Program-made: the position numbers and the translations under genes
Part shown: piece after piece, positions 13,062 to 25,082 of the stretch
How the letters are laid out: every line of letters begins with the position of its first letter
Position numbering within the stretch: position 1 is the stretch's first letter
DNA from: Octopus bimaculoides
Taxonomy: Eukaryota
Assembly: GCF_001194135.2 (NCBI RefSeq)
Contig: NC_068984.1
Location: forward strand, 76,200,620 to 76,264,619
Reading direction: 5' to 3'
Length of the DNA stretch: 64,000 nucleotides
The notes under the pieces: model-generated
What the model was told of the DNA's origin: nothing
The model's input: only the letters and a program-made list of their open reading frames with translations
The model's database searches: none

Positions 13062-13382
13062 CAATGGTTCAGTGGTTAGAGCATTGGGCTCACAATCATG
13101 TGGCACTGGGTTGTGTATTGTGTTCTTGAGCAAGACATTTTATTTCACACTGTTCTAGTTCACTCAGCTGTAGAAATGAGTTGCACCATCACTGGTGCCC
13201 AAACTGTATCAGCCTTCACCTTTCCCTTGGATAACACTGCTGGCATGGAGAGGGGAGGCTGGTATGCATGGGTGATTGCTAGTCTTACATAAACAACCTT
13301 TCCCAGACTTGTGCCTTGGAGGGGAACATTTTAGGTGCAATCCCATGGTCATTCATGACCAAAGAGGGTCTTTACTCTTTAC
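13062..13382 (+). mobile_element. tRNA-derived SINE (family E head, distinct tail)
   Basis: CAATGGTTCAGTGGTTAGAGC A-box, TTGTGTTCTTGAGCAAGACA central block, ends in CTTTACTCTTTAC repeats. Confidence 0.65.
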
Positions 13383-14439
13383 CTTCTTACTCTGTGTAGC
13401 AGGCATTTGAACCAGAATCCTAGTTTTCTTCCTACTCACAATTTTTCTAGTATGTGTGTATATATTGAAGTTGTTGAACCCCATGCTAGCTATGATTGAG
13501 CAAGGTATAACATGACATGTTAACTGCCATATGTACTACCGGTAGTTCATTGCAAGCTTCACATAGTAACTGGCTGTGGCATCCCATTAGTGCGCTATTC
13601 AATGTGTCCTCCCATTTTTAAGAAGATAAGGTGTGATCTAATGAAAATCTGACTGCAATTTTTAGCAAGTTAAGCAACTGTCTAAAAATACTCTCATTGA
13701 ATGTGGGTCATTGGTAGGTGGGTAGATAAATGTAACTCTTTCTAATGTGCAATGCTTGTTGATTCAATCAATTAATATACTTCTGTACCGAAAATTATAT
13801 ATTTATATCATTTTTACTGTATTTTTTTCTGTGGAAAATGTACAAGGCCTATTAATAACAACAACAACAACAACAAAAAGTAATTATTTGATTATTTCTC
13901 TGTATACATTTTTATTCTCACTCTTTTTTCATCTCTTTTTTTCTTTTTACTTAATCATTCCAACCTCATCAATGGCTGCTGAAAATGCACCTAATGCCCC
14001 AGTAATTTTAAATAGTAACTAGCTCATGTGAGTAATGATATGTGTATGTATGTATCAGTACTCACATTCAAATGTGTGTTTGTGAGTGCATATTCATATG
14101 TAAATCCATATGTAAGTGTATATGTGTGTAAATGCATGTGTGTTAGTGCATGTAAGTGCATAGATATGTGTATGCAAGTTTGCATTGTAAGTGCAGATGG
14201 ATGTATGTATGTGTTTGTATAGATACTAAAAATTGGCATCAGAATGCAATTCTCAATCTACTTTTTCTGCATGCATGTGTCTTTATACATTGCATTTCAT
14301 ATAGTGATAACAGCTCCATTTTTATGGGTGTTCTTTTCCATTACATACACCGATATTTACTTTGGTACTTGTTTTGATTTGTGTCTTACAAATATATCTT
14401 TATCTATCTGTCTCTGTAGCTATGTATGTATCTATCGTC

Positions 14440-14855
14440 ATCATCAATTTAACATTCTCTTTTCCATGCTAGCATGAGTCAGACAAAATTTATTGTGTCA
14501 AATTTTTTATGGCTATAGTTGGATACCCTTCCTGTTGCTAACCTTCACCTGTTTGAAGATGTGTAATATTTCCCCTAATCCTTTGGAGATGAATGACATC
14601 ATTTGTATCATGCAGTCACTCATTCAATTGTCACACAATGACAAGACAAGGAAATACAAACACAGAGAGAGAGAGAGAGAGAAAGAGAAAGAAATAGAGG
14701 GTTTTTTCAATTTCCAGCTACCAAATCCATTCACTAGGTTTTTGTTAAACTTGGGCTGTATTGGAACACACTTGCCTAAAGTATTAAGTTGTGGTACTGA
14801 ACCCACAAACATGTGGTTGGGAATGAACTTCTTAACCACACAGCCATGCCTATGG
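14440..14855 (-). mobile_element. SINE: family A head with RTE-type tail
   Basis: Head at 14750-14855 (ACCACACAGCCATGCC on plus). Tail TTTCCATGCTAGCATG...GGATACCCTTCCTGTTGC at 14460-14545. Confidence 0.6.
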
Positions 14856-14952
14856 TTATATATCATCATCATAACCATTTAACATCCATTTTCCGTGCTG
14901 GCATGGGTTGGATGGTTTCATGAGCTGGTATGACAGAGGACTATGCCAAGCT

Positions 14953-14956
<4 letters not shown>

Positions 14957-15045
<89 letters not shown>

Positions 15046-15050
15046 TCTCT
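14957..15050. repeat. (CT)n microsatellite
   Basis: About 45 near-perfect CT units. Confidence 0.97.
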
Positions 15051-15640
15051 GTATTTTATATACACCTATATCTATTTATCTATCTATCTGTTTAACCATC
15101 TATCGTCTTAGTTAATTATTTGCATATCACTCTAATTATCTGTGTGTTTATCAAATTTCAGTAGGCAAAAGAGAGTACCTCAAAAGTGCATTGGATTTTT
15201 ATTCCTGTTCTTAACATTTTTCATTTCTTCCTTTCTTACTGAGATTTCTATGTTGTCTAAATGCCAGGATTATCTTTTCAGTCTTACCATTGTTTAGACG
15301 AAGAGTTATATAAACAATGTCTGGCACCAGTTTTACTGTAGGGTGCTGGAGAGGGTGAAAATTGTGTGAAGTGTTTTGTAAAAGGGCACATTGCCATACT
15401 TGCAAGGGAATACTCTTCTTCCCAACTCTTCACTTGAGTGTTTGTTGCACTTTATATCCATGAATGAAAACACAATCATTGCTTACACATATGATCATTT
15501 TTTTTTCTTTTCTGTTTTTCTATTTATAATTTTTTTTTTTTTTTTGCAAAGGCAAGTAACAGTTTTGACCAGAAAGTAATGATTTTGCTTGGAATATCTT
15601 TTTTGCTTAAAAAGTGACTGTTTTAGTACAAGAAATATCA

Positions 15641-16010
15641 GTAGCTTGTTTACCAACCACATGGTTCTGGGTTCATTCCCATTGCGTGGCACCTTGGGCA
15701 AGTATCTTCTACTATAGCCTCGGGCTGACCAAAGCCTTGTGAGTGGATTTAGTAGACGGAAACTGAAAGAAGCCCGTCGTATATATATGTATGTGTGTGT
15801 ATATGTTTGTGTGTCTGTCTTTGTCCCCCCAGCGTCACTTGACAACCGATGGTGGTGTGTTTACGTCCCTGTAACTTAGCGGTTTGGCAAAAGAGGCCGA
15901 TAGAATAAGTACTAGGCTTCCAAAGAATAAGTCCTGGGGTCGATTTGCTTGACTAAAAGGCGGTTCTCCAGCATGACCACAGTTAAATGACTGAAACAAG
16001 TAAAAGAGTA
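15641..16010 (+). mobile_element. tRNA-derived SINE, family A, near full length and young
   Basis: B-box-like GGTTCATTCCC, GCACCTTGGGCAAGT central block, internal (TA)(TG) tract, tail ending GACTGAAACAAGTAAAAGAG. High CpG retention. Confidence 0.85.
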
Positions 16011-16369
16011 ACTCTTTCCTTGAGAAAGTGAAAGTATGTTTCTGCTTGGAAACCAACAATTTTGCTAGGTAATTAATTAACTCTTTTGCTTGGAAGTTTA
16101 ACTTTTTTTTGCATTGAAAGAAACACATTAGCTTTCGAAAGTAAAAGTTGCTCAGAAAGGAAACTTTTTGCTCTGGAATTATCTCTTTTATGTGGAAACT
16201 CTTAACTTAGCTTAGTAACTTATTCATTTTCTTTTGAGTGCACTACTTTGGCTGGAAACTCTTTTTACTTTGAAACCTGTTCATTTGGAAACCAACAGGA
16301 TCACTGTTGTTTCTCTTGTAGATTTATTCCTTTGCTTCTATATTTACTCTGTTGCTATTTTGCTATTCA

Positions 16370-16660
16370 CTCTTGAAATTTCTTGAAATTCCCACCTTTT
16401 CTCAGCATTGTACCCATTTGCTTGAAAATTCAATTTCTTCCTTGGAAATGTACGCCTTTGTTTTTAGAACTCCAAATTCCTATGATTCGGTATTCCTTCC
16501 AAGTTCATACATTTTGATCTTCAAGTGCTCTTCAGCTCTTTCAAAATATGCTTTGTCATATTTGAGTCACGTAAGTAGCCAAGTGCTGCTCTGTCTGACA
16601 ATGATAGCTAGATCAGATAAGTTATGTGCTTTAGATTCCTTTTCTGTAGAAATATGAACA
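16370..16660 (-). mobile_element. Possible highly decayed Penelope-like reverse-transcriptase N-terminal remnant
   Basis: Minus translation STEKESKAHNLSDLAIIVRQSS...YDKAYFERAEEHLKIKMYEL loosely resembles the PLE I.IRQADKG...DK.DY..EAE..L....YEEL pattern. Weak. Confidence 0.3.
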
Positions 16661-17158
16661 TTTACAAATACTCAATCATTCTTTTAAGCATTAGTTCATT
16701 GTGACCATGTTCTGTGTGATACCCTGGTTTACTGAAACCTTCTTCATTTCACTAAGGACACTAGTAAGATGCTGGATGAAGGCGTAATTGTGTAGTTAAG
16801 AAGTTTGCTTTGCAATTGCAAGGATTTGGATTCAGTCTTTTTGTGCTGCACCTTAGTTTCAGTATCCTTCTCCTATAATCTCAGGTCAACTAAAGCCTTG
16901 TGTGGAATTTGGTTGACAGAAACTGTGTGAATAGCTGTGAGTACATAGTTCTTGGGAAGTAGGCTTAATCCCACATCTCATTTAACACCATTGCCTGGCT
17001 CATAGATTATTTAGGAGAGTATTCTTTATTGCAAACATTTGGGTCAGCTCACTTGTCTGGGAATAACTTCCTCTCTTCTTACTAGTCATCCAACCCATGC
17101 TGGCATGGGTTGGATGGTGTAACTGAGGTCTGGAGAGCCAGTGGCTGCATCATGTTCC

Positions 17159-17197
<39 letters not shown>

Positions 17198-17224
17198 AAA
17201 ATAAGAGGAATGACCAGCAAAAGT

Positions 17225-17343
17225 GGACTCCTATATGCTAGAAATAGATGCCGAATCATCTAACCACGAAAAATATGTTCTCAGTAAAAACATATTTTTC
17301 GTGGTTAGATGATTCGGCATCTATTTCTAGCATATAGGAGTCC
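17225..17343. repeat. Perfect 55-bp inverted repeat with 9-nt loop, abutting a gap
   Basis: 17225-17279 is the exact reverse complement of 17289-17343. Loop is CTCAGTAAA. Confidence 0.95.
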
Positions 17344-17657
17344 NNNNNNNNNNNNNNNNNNNNNNNNNNNNNNNNNNNNNNNNNNNNNNNNNNNNNNNNN
17401 NNNNNNNNNNNNNNNNNNNNNNNNNNNNNNNNNNNNNNNNNNNNNNNNNNNNNNNNNNNNNNNNNNNNNAATATAATTTTAATCTTCGGATTTTTTTAAT
17501 ATGCTAGACCACTGGTTTTAATAGATTAATATCAATTTCTACCCTTATTAATAAATTAATATATATATATATATCCTTCTTTTACTTGTTTCAGTCATTT
17601 GACTGTGGCCATGCTGGAGCACCGTCTTTAGTTGAGCAAATATATATGTATATATAA

Positions 17658-17790
17658 ATTGGGCTGGTGCATAATTATTGCAACTTTTTTTCAACAAGTT
17701 TTATTCAACACAAACAGTAACAACATGTAACAAAAACCTCTTTAAATGATTATTCTGGAGCATATTCACCATCTACTCCAATTATTGCTT
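17658..17790. mobile_element. Mariner-like terminal remnant
   Basis: TTGGGCTGGTGCATAATTATTGCAAC resembles mariner TIRs of the TTRGGTTGGTGCA.AAGTAATTGCG type. No partner TIR found. Confidence 0.4.
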
Positions 17791-18140
17791 TTTGAATGAA
17801 ATCGGTTGTGTAGTTCTCGAGTTTTAGAGGGATTCACACAGACAGACACACACACACACACACACACACTTCTTTATATATATAGATACATATATATTGT
17901 ACATACCATGATATATGTGTTGCTAATAAAGTGAATGTTGTATTGTATCTTTGTGCTTGTGCTGTGTGAAAATGTGTGTGCTTGTGCTGTGTGAAAGTGA
18001 GTCTATTTACATTCAACATATATCTATGTATATTTTATGTAAACACTATACATGTATTCTATGTATTTATTCTCTTTTGTGTGTTGGTTGTGATTGTATG
18101 TACAAATGAGAGAAAGCTTTCTTATCCTATGTCAATGCAG

Positions 18141-18176
18141 CTGCTCCGTCTCCTTTTGGAACAGAAGAGTGATTAG
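18141..18176 (+). CDS. Candidate 36-nt exon (coding or 5' UTR)
   Basis: Acceptor CTTTCTTATCCTATGTCAATGCAG, donor AG|GTCAGT. One open frame (CSVSFWNRRVI), phase 2/2, compatible with the exon at 30748. Confidence 0.25.
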   Translation: MLRLLLEQKSD

Positions 18177-20354
18177 GTCAGTTTAGATTTTGTAGGTAGC
18201 TTAGTACATAGAACGATTTTATTTACACAGCTGTAATTCTTACATTCATGTTTTACTTTGCAATTAAAAAAATTAAATGATAGTATTATTAAGCATTTTA
18301 TAAATGTTTATAAAACATGTGAATATAATTGTTTGGATTATTGTTTTTCAAGTTATATTCTAATCAAGCAAAATAAAAGGTAAATTCTCATGTAAGCAGT
18401 ACAGTTTCAATCCCTTGGTACTGTCAGTGATAGTTCATTTCTGTTGTTAAAATCCTTGAGAACTGTATGAACACCACATCTTCCTTAGAAACTCTTTAAG
18501 TTCATGTCTGCCAGGGAAAGTGTAATAGAAATGATTTTAGTGTACCCAAATTGAGGCAGTATCAAATAGGAATACGTATATTTAATACTGAGGTAATGCC
18601 TTAAATATATTTTATAATATGATATTCAAACTATGAGTGTTGGCTGATTAATTCTGTTCATTTTATTAATCCCTCAAAAAATGTATGATTATATTGAATT
18701 ATAAATCATCTTGTCTAGCTCTCTACACCAACTTTTATATTGTTTTCAAGGTCTCTGAAAGATTGTAGAATTAACAGAAGGCCATGTATTTTGATGGATA
18801 GTATAGTTCATCAGATTCACTTTGATACTTTTATTTATTGAACTTAGAATAGTAAAGTGCACAGTTTGATCTCTAAAATAAAGGGCTGTTACTAAATACT
18901 ACAAACCATTTTTGACAATCTAATGAATCTGCCCATCATCATAGATCTATCTTTTCAGATTGAGGATTGACTGAGGGTTAAACACCACTGTCACCATTAC
19001 GCATCCAGTAGAACATATTCAATTTAAGTAGATATCTTGCATAAATTTCATTAATGTACTTGTTAATTAGCCCCAGCTAAGCTGACCCTTTTTTCTTTGT
19101 TTTTGTTTTTATACTCATTTTTCCATGTTATGCATTTGACAAATGTATTATCAAGGCATTGTTTTACAACCAGATACCTTGCTACTAACCCTCACTTGTT
19201 TCCCAAATAAGGGTTCTCTTATTTCACGCATCTTCCAAGATATGAAACTAGTGGGTGATATGTTGACAGAGAAATCACAGTGTCAGTGCCTGTAGCTCAC
19301 AATGTTCAGAGAATAACAAACACATCAACACACACACACATAATAAGAAATCTCTTTCAGGAAAAGTAGACATTAAAATGATGATGACAATGATGCTGAC
19401 CATCATCATCATCATCTTCAGTATTCCATCTATGACCAAACTCCTTCCCCCACTTTAGATTTTATATTTTAAACTATATTATCCAGTGTCTTTTGTTTTC
19501 CAAAATGGCTGGGTTTTCAAAAAGATTTTGCTGTTATCACCAGCAAGTTGAGCAGTCTTGAGATTCTTTCAATGGCTCATTGAATTTCAAGGAGAATTAA
19601 ATTAAATTCAAATTTGTTGCAAGCATATACTTTTTTTTCAGACAAAATAGTAATTAAATTTACCCTTACAATTTACTTAGCTCTCAAGAATAAGTGCCAT
19701 ATCTTCTGAGAGCATTACATGCAAAAGACAAGCAACCTATCCCAAGAGAGATTTCTTTTTCATCCACTTAATACCATAACACCAGAGCTAAGCATAGACA
19801 CTCTTAAAGGTCCTTCAAAGCTTTGGTAAATATTTACTTCACTTGTTACTTTCTGATACTTCATTTCTTCTTTTTACCATAAAAGGGGCTTTGGTGTATT
19901 GTTGAAACCAAAACGAGAATACTCTCATCAAATAATAGAGTGTGAATTGACTGAAAGTCAGTTCCCATAACTATTAATTGTGGTCAGGTATGATAGCTAG
20001 TGACTTTGGAGATAAAAACAAGAGAGTTGTGCTGAACATAAAAATTGTTTTTATTATATTTATATTCATATGGTGGAAGGAAGACAAGAGCAAATTTTAC
20101 CGTTCATCTTTAAAGTCTGTATCATTCTTATTGATTTCTCATTTCTCTGTGCTTCGTACACTCACTCGTTTGTTGCATGAAATTTAACAGCGTCTTTTAT
20201 GAGGTCAGCAGTAAAACAAATGGGAAGAACACACTGATGTTATTATATATACTGTTATGGTCTTCTTTAAGTATCATTTTATTTTTATTGTAGTTGTAGT
20301 AGTTGTTGTTGTTCTAATTGTTGTTATTATTATTTATCACTTAATCCATATTTG

Positions 20355-20406
<52 letters not shown>

Positions 20407-20777
20407 CTATATGTATATTGCTTCAAAATGCTATTCACCTGGTTCTCAAATGACCTTATCCATTCAGTGGAATCTTTGTCTTGCTGTATATATATTTTCA
20501 ATACATCTGAATATGTGAGTGTGTGTGTGTGTGTGTGTGTAAGCATATGATACTGTTAAATTGCGGATGTGTGTGCATGCGCATGCAAATAAACCTCATA
20601 TTCGTTATGATGATAATAAGTATTCTAGTTATTCAATCGGTGGACCTACCTACTCCTTATATCGTTGTCTGTATTGTAGAGTTTCTTTCTCTGAAAAGTA
20701 ATCCTGAAACAGTACCAACATGATGCATTGTATGACAAGACTAGCTCTTTGAATTGCCGGTGATAAAATGCATGTTC

Positions 20778-21161
20778 GTTGTTGTTGGCACTCCATCGCT
20801 TACGACGTCGAGGGTTCCAGTTGATCCGATCAACGGAACAGCCTCCTCGTGAAATTAACGTGCAAGTGGCTGAGCACTCCACAGACACGTGTACCCTTAA
20901 CGTAGTTCTCGGGGATATTCAGTGTGACACAGTGTGACAAGGCTGACCCTTTGAATTACAGGCACAACAGAAACAGGAAGTAAGAGTGAGAGAAAGTTGT
21001 GGTGAAAGAGTACAGCAGGGTTCGCCACATCCCCTGCCGGAGCCTCGTGGAGTTTTAGGTGTTTTCGCTCAATAAACACTCACAACGCCCGGTCTGAGAA
21101 TCGAAACCGCGATCCTATGACTGCGAGTCTGCTGCCCTAACCACTGGGCCATTGCGCCTCC
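20778..21161 (-). mobile_element. Full-length tRNA(Arg)-like SINE (family D) with 13-bp TSD
   Basis: Head GGCGCAATGGCCCAGTGGTTAGGGCAGC...GGTTTCGATTCTC, (CAA)n tail, TSD AAAATGCATGTTC at 20765-20777 and 21162-21174. Confidence 0.92.
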
Positions 21162-21189
21162 AAAATGCATGTTCATACTGGTGTGTATG

Positions 21190-21225
<36 letters not shown>

Positions 21226-21718
21226 CAAACTAAGAAATATGTTTGAGAGAGAAAGAAACATCTGAGAAATAATAACTGTGAGGTAAATATAGTGGATGAC
21301 TGTCCTAACAGTCTGGAGTTCAAAGAATGATTTAGCCATTGTGTTATTTCTGGGAAAGACACATGACCGAGCTAACCTGAGTCGTATTTCGCAGCTTTAC
21401 TCATTAGTGATGGAAAAGTCAGTCAACTGTAAAAAAAAATATGCATATGTATGAATATACAAAAATTATCTTACCCATTTAAAAAAATGTATGTAAAGTA
21501 ACATGTGTGAGCATGTATAACTGTATGTATGTGTGAGTGTATAAATATATGCATGTGTATATGTGTGTATATATGTATGTGTGTACATATATATGTGTGT
21601 GTATATATATGTATGTGTGTGTACATATACGTGTGTGAATATATATGTNNNNNNNNNNTGTGTGTGTACATATACGTGTGTGAATATATATGTATGTATA
21701 TATACGTGTGTATATATA

Positions 21719-21749
<31 letters not shown>

Positions 21750-22081
21750 AGAATATAAATAAGGAACAAAGATGTACAGGTGCCATTTCATGAATTGACA
21801 GCTGTACATCTTTGTTACTTATTCATATTTTGTTCACCTAACTTGGAATCTGCACTTCAGAAATACTATAGAAAGTACCTTTATAAAAAGTACAGGTTTG
21901 AATTACCAAGAGCGGATATCCCCACTTAGCTGGGTTGTGTTGTCTGCACACACAACAGGACTATTGGGTACAAATACCCTGACACAGAGTCTTGATATTC
22001 AATATTCAAATAATATTGTCTGAGTGTGCAGATTATACCAAACAAGCAAGGTGCCTCAGCATTTTCTACCTTGACTTTTTT

Positions 22082-22121
<40 letters not shown>

Positions 22122-22724
22122 NNNNNNNNNNNNNNNNNNNNNNNNNNNNNNNNNNNNNNNNNNNNNNNNNNNNNNNNNNNNNNNNNNNNNNNNNNNNNNN
22201 NNNNNNNNNNNNNNNNNNNNNNNNNNNNNNNNNNNNNNNNNNNNNNNNNNNNNNNNNNNNNNNNNNNNNNNNNNNNNNNNNNNNNNNNNNNNNNNNNNNN
22301 NNNNNNNNNNNNNNNNNNNNNNNNNNNNNNNNNNNNNNNNNNNNNNNNNNNNNNNNNNNNNNNNNNNNNNNNNNNNNNNNNNNNNNNNNNNNNNNNNNNN
22401 NNNNNNNNNNNNNNNNNNNNNNNNNNNNNNNNNNNNNNNNNNNNNNNNNNNNNNNNNNNNNNNNNNNNNNNNNNNNNNNNNNNNNNNNNNNNNNNNNNNN
22501 NNNNNNNNNNNNNNNNNNNNNNNNNNATATATATATATATATATATATAGATAGATAGATATTAGAGTAAGACATGATCCTCTGACTCATTGGATTGTCA
22601 TATCATCTAACCCATGGTAGCATGGAAAGTAGACTAAAATGATGATGATGATGATAATGATGCTCTTCCTGTCACTATCTGTTACCTGTTTTTCAGGTAA
22701 CAAACTTTTATATTCCATGGGCAC

Positions 22725-23110
22725 AAGCATAGCTGTGTGGCTAAGCTTCTTTCCCAAACATGTAGTCTCGTGTTCAGTTCCACTGTGTAGCACCTTTGGC
22801 AATTGTCTTCTCGTATAGCCCTGGACCAACTAAAGCCTTGTGAATGGATTTGGTAGGCAGAAACTAAAAGAAGCCCATTGTGTATATATATGTTTTTGTG
22901 TATACACTTGTCTAAACATCGCGTGATAGTTATAAATGAGCGTGATTGTTATACAAGTAAGGTAGTTCATTTCCTACCTTCCATGAAAATTTTGTCCCAC
23001 TGGAGGGAAATACCTTATTGGTACAGGAAGGGCATCCAGCCATAAAAAGTCTGCCTCAGCAAATTCCATCAAGCATAGATAAATGGATATTAAATGATGA
23101 CAATGACAAT
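22725..23110 (+). mobile_element. SINE: family A head with RTE-type (GAT)n tail
   Basis: Head GCTGTGTGGCTAAG...GTTCAGTTCCACTG. Tail GGAAGGGCATCCAGCC...TAAATGATGAC. Confidence 0.7.
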
Positions 23111-23268
23111 GAAGTCTTCAAAAGCACAGAGCAACAGGTCATAATGGCAACAAGGAATGTTAACCTTACCATTGCTTTGATCAAATGGCAAGAAGTGAAA
23201 TTTAGTACTTCTCTCCTAAGCATCTACAAAATTCATTATGTGTCTCAGAAGACAGCAAAGCACGTGTT

Positions 23269-23344
<76 letters not shown>

Positions 23345-24014
23345 TCCTAGCTAGTTTCTTGAAATTTGTATAAATAGGCTACCAGTGATTCACTATATTC
23401 ATACTTTTTGAGAACAATTACTTTAATCTGACAGTGAGATTAGGCAGTGCAACTAGCAAGTACATGTATGAGTTGTAGTGACATTTCTGACTACACTGAC
23501 AATGAATTGGGACATTTCTGAATCAATTAAAAGAAAAAAAGAAAAAAGAAAAATGCAGCTGCAGTTTGGAAACTGGAAGAGACATCAATTTAATTGATTA
23601 TATGGTTAAAATCTGTGGCAACAAATCAATTTTAATTACAAAACTGTCAGTGTGTGAAGCTGACTCTATGAACTGAACTATAGTTTTTACTTTGCTTGAA
23701 TTAACCTTTTAGCAATCAAAGTGGCCAAATCCATTCAGCATAAAGATAGTAATATGCAAGCACACACATATGTGTGTGTGTGTGTGTATTTATAAGATAT
23801 TCATTCATTCATTTAACATCTGTTTTTCTTTGCTAGCTTGGATAAATTACACAGGAAGTTTTCCAAGGCAGAATTTTTACTGCCAACTTTTTCTTCTTTT
23901 CCAAGTTAAGGATCTTTTATTCCTGATCTCTTTGAAAGCACAGAGTGACTAGTCATAATGTCAACATAAGCACTGTGTTTCGATGAGGTGGGGACAAATA
24001 TGGAATATAAACTT

Positions 24015-24055
<41 letters not shown>

Positions 24056-24286
24056 TGCACAGCTTCCTGCAGTTTTTGCCTTCCAAATTCACTATATATA
24101 CACATATGTATGTGTTTGTGCTTATCTTGCAATGGTTTGGTGCTGTCTGTGTTCCTGTAACTTAGCAGTCTGGTAAAAAGAAACCTATATAAGTACCAGA
24201 CATAAATATAAGTACTGGGGGGTCAGTTTGATTTGAATTAACACTTCAAGGCAGTATATATATATATATATTCATATATATATATA

Positions 24287-24335
<49 letters not shown>

Positions 24336-24599
24336 NNNNNNNNNNAAAACAGATAATGCTGTACTTTATGAGGGTCTTGCTGGCAATTAGAATTCAAAGA
24401 ACAAAGACAAGGGGTATCTGCTAACACATAAAAGTTGCTTGAGGTGGGGTACATTACCATGGATAAGGTCAAAGGCCTGTATAAAAGAATTTTGTCAAAC
24501 TAATTTATTAACTGATTATCTCTCTAATTGCTGATAAAAAAAGAAGTCCAATACAACCAATATATGTTTTAATTCATGCCATGATCCTTCCAAAATACA

Positions 24600-24710
24600 A
24601 CAGTGTGTGCACATGCGTGTGTGTTTGTGCACATGCGTGTGTGTGTGCACATGCATGTGTGTGTGTGTGTGCACATGCGTGTGTGCACATGCGTGTCTGT
24701 GCATTGTGTG
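24600..24710. repeat. Compound minisatellite (GTGTGTGCACATGC)n
   Basis: GCACATGC motif recurs five times between GT runs. Confidence 0.85.
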
Positions 24711-24886
24711 TTTGTATGCATGTGAGTGTATATATACATAGTACAGGTAAGGTTATTGGTGGTGGTGGTGGGTTAAGAAGTTTGTTACAGTCATGTACAT
24801 AGTTCTGGGCTTAAATCTCACAGTACCGCATGTTGGATACCATTGCATTAGGTTGTCATCAAATATGTGTGTGTGTGTGCATGTAT

Positions 24887-24936
<50 letters not shown>

Positions 24937-25042
24937 GGAAAGATCATATGTGTGTGTATATGAATGTTTTGATTTTTTTACAGGCAAAACAATATAGATT
25001 ATATGAAATAATACAAATTGGTAGTTTGTATTTTTAGCTTGT

Positions 25043-25082
25043 ATTTCAGTATTTCAGGGTCATGATCCCTTCTTCAGGAAAT
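25043..25082 (-). ncRNA. Minimal type I hammerhead-like motif, degenerate cleavage site
   Basis: Minus: ATTTC-CTGAAGA-AGGG-ATCATGA-CCCT-GAAA-TACT-GAAAT. 5-bp stem I, 4-bp stem II, CUGANGA and GAAA cores. Position 16.1 is C instead of U. Confidence 0.45.

Noticed and set aside
21595-21700. Short duplication across a 10-N gap within a TA/TG tract
   Set aside because: Same assembly artefact pattern.
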